Assembly (NCBI RefSeq): GCF_036321535.1
Contig: NC_087462.1
Span: 6,138,001 to 6,202,000 of the forward strand
Direction: 5' to 3'
Length of the DNA stretch: 64,000 nt
Source: Camelus dromedarius
Taxonomy: Eukaryota
The position numbers and the translations under genes are program-made. The notes below the pieces were generated by a model. It worked only from the letters and a program-made list of their open reading frames with translations. It made no database searches and had not been told where the DNA came from. Numbering within the stretch: position 1 is the stretch's first letter; each line of letters opens with the position of its first letter. This document shows, one piece after another, positions 25,880 through 35,547 of the stretch.

Positions 25880-28490
25880 TGCACACTCTTCTAGTGATAT
25901 TTGCTTTTTATAGCAGTTTTCAAAATTAAATATTCATTATAGCTATAAATCTTTTCAGTTTTGGATAGGTAATATTGACATAGACATTGAAATGTTTCCC
26001 TCCTGTGTCCCTCAGCCACCACTCGTCCCCTCCCTGGGAGACACCCAGTGTCGTCTGGTTTCCTGTTTTGACTTCCAGAGACATTTTTATCCAGATACAA
26101 GGAAATCTATACACATATTATATTTTCTCATTTTCCCCTTATTTTTCTTTATATATATTTTATACTTTCCCATCTTTGTTTTCTATTTTTTTCTTTTTTG
26201 TGTATTTTTAATTTTGAATTCTATTTTCTATTTTCCCATCTTTTGCAAAAATAATAGTCTGGGCTACTATAGAGAGCTCTAGACTATATCCTTGCTATTT
26301 TTTTTTTTCCCATGTAATAGGTCTTTGGGGTGGTCCCATATAGCCAGGCCAACTGTGTTTCCTCTTCTTATGGTCATGTTTTAGCCCATTATTCAGATGT
26401 CATCAGTGTTTGCTCCCTGCTGGGGTTCATGCAGTCATTGCTCATCCTTTGCCAAGCCCATGCTGCTGCCGCCGTGAATAACCGTATGTGCACGTCATTT
26501 CACCCATGTTCAAGGGCATCAGTAGGACAGATACCCAATGGGAATAGCTGCTTGCACCATCTAACCTGGTAATTTAAGAAAGTCCTTGCCACTAGAATAT
26601 ATTTTGATAGTTGATAGGGCAGGTCTTTCCTTATTCTTTTTGCAAAATTATCTTGGCTTGTTCTTGGGCAACCACTTTTGAAAAACCTTTATTATGGACA
26701 ATTTCAAACATATTCAAAACTAGGGAGAATAACGTAATGAACCTACACTGAACCAACAGTCAGCATCAACAGTTTCCAGCACCCATGGCCAACCTCGTTT
26801 CAACTTGACCCCCACCACAGGATCACTTTGAAGCAAATCCCAGACAGCATAGCATTTCGTCTGTAAAAACTTTGATAGATATCTTGAAAGATACCACCAC
26901 AAACAATAACTACAATGTCATGATCACAACTAAAAAGTTTAACAATAATTCTTCAATATCGTTGTATAGCTTGTGTTTAGAAATTTCTCCGATGGTCTCT
27001 TCTAGATTTGGTGTTTGTTTGTTTACAGTTTCTTCAAATAAAAATCTAAGCAAGATGCATGCACTGCCTTTGGTTGGAGACAGGCTCCTTTAAGTTCTGG
27101 GTTCCTCTTCTCCTTTTTCCCCTTTGCAACATATTTGTTGAAGAATCTAGGCTGTGTGTCCTGCTGACTTGACCAGTCTGATGCCATCCTTGTGGTGAAG
27201 TTTAACCCATTCCTCTGTCCTCAAGTTGGCCAATCTAGGGTCAGAGTCCATGTCCAGTTTTTGGCAAGTCTATTTCACAAAAGGCATTGGGTCCTCTCAG
27301 CAGGAGGCACTCAGGGTCTGCTTATCCCTCCTTTGGTGGCACAAGCCACCACCCAGATCCATCAAGGATGCACTTTACATTTTCTAAATTTTTATTCCAA
27401 AAAAATTGCAAACAGAAAAGTTGTAGGAAGAGTACAGTGTATAGATTCCACAATCACCATGTTGCTAAATTTATTTATCATACTGTATCTCCCCATCTAT
27501 CTATCCATTCCTCCGCCTATCCATTAATCCATCTCACGTTTTGGATACAAATCAAAATAGGTGGGTGTCACTTTATTTTATTATGGTGAAATATACATAA
27601 AATAAATTTTTACCATTTTAACCCTTTTAAAATGGTTTAAGTATACAATTCAGTGGCTTTAAATACATTCACAATATCCTATAATCAACATCATTATCTA
27701 TTTACAGAACTTTTTCATCTTCCCAAAAAAGAAACTGTCCCCATTAAATATTAACTCCCCATTCCCCACTCCCCCTAGCCTCTGGTCCCCATCCTTCTAC
27801 TTCCTCTATGAATTTGCCTTTCTAGGGACCTCACGTAAGTGGAATATTTGTCCTTTTGTGTCTGGCTTATTTCACTTAACATAATGTTTTCAAGATTCAG
27901 GGCTGCATAATTTTCCATTATATGGCTACACCACATTTTGTTTATCCAATCTTCTGTTGATGGACAGAATTTGGCTGGCTTCCACCTTTCNNNNNNNNNN
28001 NNNNNNNNNNNNNNNNNNNNNNNNNNNNNNNNNNNNNNNNNNNNNNNNNNNNNNNNNNNNNNNNNNNNNNNNNNNNNNNNNNNNNNNNNNNNNNNNNNNN
28101 NNNNNNNNNNNNNNNNNNNNNNNNNNNNNNNNNNNNNNNNNNNNNNNNNNNNNNNNNNNNNNNNNNNNNNNNNNNNNNNNNNNNGGTTCCGTTTCTCCAC
28201 ATTCTCGCCAGCACTTGCTACCTTCTGTTTTGTTTTGTGTTTTTGTTAGCAGCCATCCTAACAGGTGTGAAGCGCTATCTCATTGTGGTGTTGATTTGCA
28301 TTTCCCTAATGGCCTGTGATGTTGAACATCTTCTCGTGAGTTTATTGGCCATTTGTACAGCTTCTTTGGCAAAATATTTACTAGAGTCCTTTGCCTATTT
28401 TTGAATTGGGCTTGTTGTTGTTGAGTTGTAGGAGTTTTTTATAATCTGGACATTAATTTCTTGTCAGATATACTATTTATAAATAATTTT
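25880..28490 (-). mobile_element. Nested cluster of old L1 fragments (L1ME/L1MC/L1MB-like) between TYK2 and ICAM3
   Basis: AT-rich antisense L1 3' text (TTTATTATGGACAATTTCAAACA; GTATACAATTCAGTGGC; TTGATTTGCATTTCCC). Contains gap 27991-28184. Confidence 0.75.
27991..28184. other. Assembly gap (194 N)
   Basis: N run inside an L1 fragment. Confidence 1.
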
Positions 28491-29439
28491 GATTTGGGTC
28501 TTAGTTGCTCTCTCTTGGCATCGCATGGGAAATGGATTTTTGGGGGGGCAGGGCAGGCGAGGAGAGATGTGATTGGAGAGAGGGTGCTCCAGGTGATAAA
28601 GGAGAGACGTGGCCTCGGGGATGGGGAGAGTGGATGAATGCTGGGTGCCTCAACAAGGTCCCTCTCTGGAGCTCAGGTCAGAGGCACAGGAAGCTGAGAA
28701 ATGGAGCTGATGGAGGTGGGAGTGCCCACCTGACTCCCTAGTCCTTTCTCCTGGGATGAAGAGACTAGTTACATGGAGGGGAGGGCAAGGGGGATGGGGG
28801 TGGGGGTAAGGGCCAGTTACAAGTAGCATCCTTGGCAGACAGTAGCTCACAATTTTGCTGTCCCCTAAACACCCCACCTCAGCCCTGCACACAGGCAATG
28901 TGTAGAACTCACAAGGTCTTCAAAGATGAGGGGCCCTGTAGGAGCCACCCTAGCAGCCAACACAGAGCCTGCCACAGTCCTCAATAAATGCAGGCTCTGT
29001 CATTTTCCCGGCTTCACTCATCTTAGGGTAGGGGGTCCCTCATGATCACCCCCAAATCTCTTACATGCCCCCAAGGCACGTTGAGATCTCATTTTAATCC
29101 CTTGAGGCCCTGCCTAGAAGTCCGCCCACCGTTGTTTCCTTGCAAAGTTGCCTTGAAATCCCACCCTATCTCTTCAAGGACAGCGTCTGGATGTCCCCCA
29201 TTAACTTCCTCTCTGAGAACAAAATGCCCCGCCTTCACCGAAGTTCAACAGGAAGGAGGTGTCTCACCACCTCCACCCACTTTACCCCTAACCCCGCCAG
29301 ACTTTTCAGTGCTGCGAACAAAGGAAGGTCTGTTAGCACTTCCTGTTTCTGGGCCAGGGGTTGGCCCTCGGAAAGTCCTCAGAGACTCGCCAGCACCCCC
29401 CACCTCCCTAGGCCCCACCTGGGCCCCCCAGTTCTGGAC

Positions 29440-29603
29440 TCCTGGGACTACAGAGTATCCCCCTGCCCCTTCAGGCCTAGGTAAGGTGTGGCCACTTCTG
29501 CATTCTTAACTGCGGTGGTTGGGCTTCCTTCCTCTCCGTGACCTGCCTGCTCCTTGGTGCCCAGCATCTCTTTAAGGCAACTTCCTCCTGCATCCTGGCC
29601 ACC
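29440..29603 (+). promoter_or_regulatory. ICAM3: ICAM3 proximal promoter (TATA-less; RUNX and ETS motifs)
   Basis: RUNX-type TGCGGT at 29511-29516 and ETS core CTTCCT at 29524-29529 just upstream of the ATG. RUNX/ETS control of human ICAM3 is recalled from the literature. Confidence 0.5.
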
Positions 29604-32600
29604 ATGGTGCTCTCTGGGTTACTGTCCAGGGCCTGCTGGACTTCGCTCAACTACCTGCTTCTGATCGGCTGTCTGCTGCCCCCAGGTGAGGCCTGTCAAG
29701 CTTGGGAGGGCTGGAGTTGGCAGACGGATGGGTGGGGAGGCAGCCTCACACCCTGCTGCCCTTCCTGGCTGTGCAACACTTCTTACAATCAGATCTGCCA
29801 GAGCGCCCACCAGTGTCCTCAGGAGAAAGTTGTGGCTCCTTAACTCAGCCTTCAGGACTCCCTGAGGCCCAGCCACTGCATTTGATCTGTTCCTGTCCCC
29901 ACCCCTCCAACATACACACACAAACACACACTCTCTCTCTCTCTTTCTCTCTCTCTCCCTCTGCTCCATCTGGATCCTTGATCTCTGCCCATGATCCTCC
30001 ATCTGCCAGATCATCACCCTTCCTTTTTACTTGGATAACTCCTACTTAATCCTTTAAGACTGGCCATAGTGGTCCCCTCTTCCAGGAAGGCTTCCCTGAC
30101 TCACTAGAGGCTGCATCAGGGCCTCCTCTGGCTTCCCCTGCCAGCTCTCCTTGATTTCTGATCCATCCCCTGTCTTCCTTACTATGAAGGCAGGGACGAT
30201 CTAGATCTTGGCAAAAAGAGGTGTCAAATGGTGGTATCTGCAGATGAGTGGGTTGCGGGGCACTGGAACAACCAGCAGAGCCTCCCTTTGTTCCCATAGG
30301 TACCCAGGGGCAGGAGTTCCTGATGCGAGTGGAGCCGAAGGACCCAGTGTTGCCTGCTGGAGTATCCTTCTCAGTAAATTGCAGTGTAGATTGCCCCCAC
30401 CCTGAACGCATCTCCCTGGAGACGAACCTACTCAAGGAGACGGTGGGCCGTGGCTTGGGCTGGGCAGCCTTCCATCTCAGCAATGTGACTGGTGATACCA
30501 CGGTCCTCTGCTCTGGCTTCTGCAATGGCTCCCAGATAGCAGGATCCTCTAGAGTCACAGTGTACCGTGAGTGGCTGTGCCTGGAGGTGGGACTGGCCTT
30601 CGGCAGTGGTAGGGGTAGATGACCAATGGTGCAGGGGAGCGGGGAGCCCTGAGTTTGCAGGAATGGACCAGGGCTCTGACCCAGAACTTGGACCTGGATA
30701 TGTGTGTGTGTGTGTGTGTGTGTGTATGTGACAGAGACAGACAGAGAGACAGAGAGATACATCTCAACCATATGCCAGGGCAACAGCTATGAAATCTATT
30801 TATTTGGGTCCCAACAAGCATTTTTATTTATTTTTACTTAATTTTATTTTTTTCAACAGGCATTTTATTTAAATAGCTCATGTCTTTTTACTTACTACTT
30901 TTATTTTTATGGCAGATAACAGATTCATGTGGTTCCAAAATCAAAAAGTATAAAAAGGTGCAAATGTCAAATCTCCATTTACCTAGTGTTGGCTGAGAGT
31001 GGCTGCTGTTTGAAGTGTTGACACGTGGGTGCTCATTCAAAAGCCCTGGGATGGGGAGGTGTGCTTATGAGCCTCACTGCACACACAAGGAAACTGAGGC
31101 TCAGTGGGGTAAAGTCAGGGTCCACAGCTAGTGAGCAGAGAAGCCGGGAGTCCAGCTCCCAAGTCCCTGTTCTTAACAAGCTACGTCCTCCTCCCCAGAT
31201 CCTAAGTCCACTGCCCCTTTACCAGATCGAGTCTCTCCATGTTTAAAATTTGAAAATTTAAAGTAACACAATAGAGGGGAGGGTATAGCTCAGTGGTAGA
31301 GTGCATACTTAATATGCACAAGGGCCTGGGTTCAATCCCCAGTACCTCCATTAAAAAAAGTTAAAATAAATAAACCTAATTCCCTCCCCCCCCAAAAAAA
31401 ATAAAATAGCACAATAGACTAGAAAATAGCAGAGTACATCACTCATGGTACCTACTGCTTTGTGAAGCCTTCATAGAGGTGTCATATATGTGAGTAACTG
31501 AGTGTATGCTCCTCCTGTGTGTGCACCAGTATCTATATTTGTCTGTGTACCTATGTGTGTGTCTATGAGCATATGTATGTGTGTCCTTATCTCTGTGACT
31601 GTGTGCGTGTACCTGCGTGTCTGTGCATGCGTCTGTGTGTCTGTGTGTGCCTGTGTGTGCACATGTGTATCTCCATGAGTGAATGTCTGTAAATATCTGT
31701 GTGTCAGGATCTGTGCCTGTGTGCGTATCTGTGTGAGGGTGGATGGCTGTGTGTGAGCATACGTGGATGTCTGTATCAGTACATGTCCCTCTGTGTCCCT
31801 GTGTGAATTTCTGTGTAACATGTACATCTGCATATGTGTGTCTGTTTGCCTATGTGTGTATCTGGGTGTCCCTGTCAGTATGACTGCCAGATGCGTCTGT
31901 CTAGCATCGTGCAGGAGCCTGTGGGTCCTGGCTCATAAGAGCCCATGGTACTCATGTCTTCCCAACTCTATGTGTCACATGGAGTAGCTTGAAATCAGCC
32001 AAAGTGGGAGTATTTACACCAGAGAAACTGGCAAATGCTCCGTGTCGGGGCTCCCCGACCCAACTCCACCCCACCCCGAGAGCCCAAGCATTATTAGCAT
32101 TTGCCAGCATACCACTAGCCCTTAACCAGGGGTTAGATGGGGGCCTCCTTGTTAAATATTCTAAAAGATGTTAAATATTTCCATAGCAGCCAGTCTGCAG
32201 GCCCTGGTATGACAGCTTAAGATCCAGCCTTGAGAGGTGCTCCCCAGAGTCCCAGGGCTTGGTATGTGTGCCTGCAGGGGGTGCTGCAGCTGCAGCTGGG
32301 AGAAGACCCAGCCTAGGGCTGCTGAGTCCCCCCAGACAATGCAGAGCGCCCTGAGAGGCTGCCCCAGGCAGGTGTACCGCGAGAGCCTTGGGCACCTGGG
32401 ACTGATTGGGGCAGGCTGGACCAAGCTGTGGGAGAGGCCAAGACCAGAATCCAGGCCAGAAACTGCGAGGGGTCAGGGGAGTTCCTAGTCCTGAGATCAA
32501 GGAGACAAGTGGACACATAGGTCTGGAGTTTGGGAAACCCACCGTCTAATCCCTGCTCTACCCTTCCCTGGCTGTGTGTTCTTGGGCAGATCACCTCCCC

Positions 32601-35133
32601 CTCACATCTTTGGGCCTCAGTTTCTCTAGCCATAAAAGGTAAGAATCGTAGAAGAGATTTCACTGGGTTGCTGTGTGAATGGAGGTGGATGACATCTGGA
32701 AAGTCTAAGGAAAACTCAAACAGGAAATGTTATGATTTCTATTAACATCATAAGTGGCCATAAACTTTAGTCCCCTTCCTTCCTTTTTTTTCCCCCCTTA
32801 ACTGTGAGGTCCTTGGGAACAATGACTTTTATTTCAATGCCTGGCAAGGTGTCCGACAAAACAGGAAATAATAATCATGATGCTAATGACAATAGCAAAC
32901 ATTTATACTAGCACACGTCTAAGCCCTGTAGGTTTATTAACTCAAAGTTCACAGTTCTGCACTGGGCCACCCTGGGCTCCTCTCCACTCCCTCGGGTGGG
33001 GTTTATGGGGCTGGCTGGTAAGTTCTTCTCTCCCTTTCACACCCCCCAACCCAGGGTTCCCTGAGCGCGTGGAGCTGGCCCCCCTCCCCCGCTGGCAATC
33101 GGTGGGCAGGCACCTCAACCTGAGCTGCCTGGTGTCCGGAGGGGTGCCCCGGTCCCACCTAGAGGTGGTGCTGCTCCACGGGGAGGAGGAGCTGGGCCGG
33201 CAAACAGTAGCAAACGAGGAGCCCGTCGAGGTCATGGTCACAGTGCTGGCAAGCAGAGACGACCACGGCGCCAATTTTTCTTGCCGCACGGAACTGGACC
33301 TGCGGTCCCAAGGGCTGGGACTGTTCCAGAACCATTCGGCCCCCAGGAAGCTCCGAACCTTCGGTGAGGGAAGGGACTGCAGACGGTGGGTGATGAGCTG
33401 TGCCAGAGTAATGGTGCCCTGGTCGCGGGATTCCTGAGAATGGGGTGGCCTGGACCTCAGGAGCTTCTAGGAAAAGATGCCCTTGGCTATTGGGAGGGGT
33501 AGCCTCAGATGGGAGGCTCGAGGCCGTAGGAACTTTTGAGAAGGCTGTGAGTGTGTGTCCTGGGAAGGGGGCGATGCGGGATGCAGAGTCTTGGGAAAGA
33601 TGAACTCCTGTTTGGGGGATGAGTGTCATGGGAAAAAGGGCGTCCAAGGCTGTGACACCGCGTCCTGCTCACTCCTACCCTTCTTTCAAGCCATGCCCAT
33701 GATCCCCCCGCGCCTCGCTGTCCCCCGATTCTCGGAGGTGGAAACGTCGTGGCCAGTGAACTGCACTTTGGATGGGTTGTTTCCAGTCTCGGAGGCCCAG
33801 GTCCAACTGGCGCTGGGGGACCAGATGCTGAATACCACAGTCATGAGCCACGGGGACACGCTCACGGCCACAGCGACAGCAAAAGCAGAGCAGGAGGGCG
33901 TCCAGGAGATTGTCTGTAAAGTGACCTTGGGGGACGAGAGCCGGGAGACCAGAGAGAACGTGACCGTCTATAGTAAGAGGAGGCGGAGCCAAAACGGCTC
34001 CAAGGCGAGGGGCGGGGCTTCTGTAGCCTGAGCGGGCGTGGCATAGGGCGCAGACTAAGCGAGAGAGGGGCGGGGCCTAAGTAACACGTGATGTAGAGCC
34101 TGAGCGATCCAAATTGGGCGGGGGCTGCACAGTAGCCTAAATATCCCGAGGGGAAGGAGGCGGGAGGCGGCGGGGCTTGACTCAAGAGGTGTGTGGTCAG
34201 TCAACTCCAGGGCAATGCCCCGCCTTTAGACTTACAGGGGCCCATCCTGACCCTGAGCGAGCCTAACGCCACTGAGGGGACCACAATGACCGTGACTTGC
34301 AAGGCTGGACCCAGAGTCCAGGTCACGCTGGACGGAATTCCAGCCGCAGCACCGGGACAGCCCTCCCAGCTTCAGCTAAACGTCACAGAGAGGGACGACA
34401 GGCGCACCTTCTTCTGCTATGCCACCCTCAAGGTGCATGGGGAGACCTTGCACAGTAACAGGAGTGTCCAGTTGCGTGTCCTGTGTGAGTAGGTCACTCT
34501 GATCTTTAGTAGCGTGCTTCCTTGATTTGGGAAGACGACTCGCCCTTGCCCCACTGTACCTCGGGTGTGTTGGGTATGTCTGATCATTTGGCGATCCCAC
34601 AGACGGCCCCAAGATTGACCGAGCTCAATGTCCCCAGCGCTTGACGTGGAAAGATAAGACTATGCATATCCTGCAGTGCCCGGTCCGGGGCAACCCGAAC
34701 CCCCAGCTACAGTGTTTGCAGGAAGGCTCCAAGTTCAAGGTGCCCATCGGGATCCCATTCCTCGTCAGGTTAAACTATAGTGGTACCTACTACTGCCAGG
34801 CGGTCAGCTCACAGGGCACAGACAGTCTGACAGTGATGATGTACGTTCAAGGTAAGCCTAGGCGGGGCTTATTTATTCCAGTCGGGCAAACTCAGGAGGG
34901 GCCGAGACGCGCGTAATTTATCCTTGCTTTTTTACACAGATCAGAACCCCATCGCCGTTACCATCACCTTGGGGGTGTTAACTATCCTGGGCCTTGTGAT
35001 TGCCACCGCGGCCTTATTGTACGTCTTCCGGGTGCAGAAGCGGAGTGACATCTACCATTTGAAGAAAAAGAGCTCCTGGCTGCCCCTCACGTCTAAACAG
35101 CCCGACGAGGCTGTGGCAGAGGAGTCATCCTGA
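29604..35133 (+). CDS. ICAM3: Intercellular adhesion molecule 3 (signal peptide, 5 Ig domains, TM, short tail), 545 aa
   Basis: Exons 29604-29685, 30300-30566, 33055-33363, 33691-33972, 34230-34484, 34603-34851, 34940-35133. Total 1638 nt, all phase-1 junctions. Kozak gccaccATGg. D1 begins QEFLMRVEP and keeps the integrin-binding LET glutamate and SQI glutamine. Position between TYK2 and RAVER1 matches synteny. Confidence 0.97.
29909..29960. repeat. Compound (CA)n(CT)n microsatellite, ICAM3 intron 1
   Basis: Read directly. Confidence 0.9.
30701..30760. repeat. (TG)n microsatellite followed by GACA/GA repeats, ICAM3 intron 2
   Basis: Read directly. Confidence 0.9.
31276..31409 (+). mobile_element. 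Vic-1-like SINE, long-tail form, in ICAM3 intron 2
   Basis: Full A/B boxes; CACAATAGA at 31267-31275 and 31410-31418. Confidence 0.9.
31480..31900. repeat. TG-rich low-complexity tract (similar tracts at 15330-15900 and 16540-16960; CA-rich at 56380-56770)
   Basis: Degenerate TG/CA dinucleotide runs. Confidence 0.75.
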
Positions 35134-35200
35134 GGCCTCGGGCTGCCGTGATACTGGGCAAAAACGACGGGAGTTTGGCTGTGTCCCCGAATTCCGCACT

Positions 35201-35206
35201 AATAAA
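35201..35206 (+). terminator. ICAM3: ICAM3 polyadenylation signal AATAAA
   Basis: First AATAAA, 68 nt after the stop codon, with GT-rich sequence downstream. Confidence 0.85.
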
Positions 35207-35279
35207 GACTTTAAAACCCATACTCTGTGGCCTGACTCCATCTGCACTGAAGGGCTCTCCCACTGCCTTGCGTATCTAT

Positions 35280-35407
35280 TGAGTGACAGCTCGATGGCGG
35301 AAAGGGGCGGAGCCTGTAGCGCCCAGACGCGGCTTGAACTCTGAGAGGCGGGCTGGGCCTTACCCAATAGGCTGAGGAAATCGAGAAGGAGGCGGGGTTT
35401 CTCTCGG
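35280..35407 (+). promoter_or_regulatory. RAVER1: RAVER1 CpG-island promoter
   Basis: GC boxes (GGGGCGGAGC near 35304, GAGGCGGG) and CCAAT near 35364 directly before the gap that holds the start of exon 1. Confidence 0.7.
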
Positions 35408-35547
35408 NNNNNNNNNNNNNNNNNNNNNNNNNNNNNNNNNNNNNNNNNNNNNNNNNNNNNNNNNNNNNNNNNNNNNNNNNNNNNNNNNNNNNNNNNNNNN
35501 NNNNNNNNNNNNNNNNNNNNNNNNNNNNNNNNNNNNNNNNNNNNNNN
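35408..35547. other. Assembly gap (140 N) covering the RAVER1 start
   Basis: N run. Confidence 1.

Noticed and set aside
30046-30783. 245-aa antisense ORF, and other long ORFs such as 35211-36005, 43165-43953, 47515-48321 and 62551-63378
   Set aside because: Shadows of GC-rich real exons or microsatellites; no domain signatures or codon pattern of their own.
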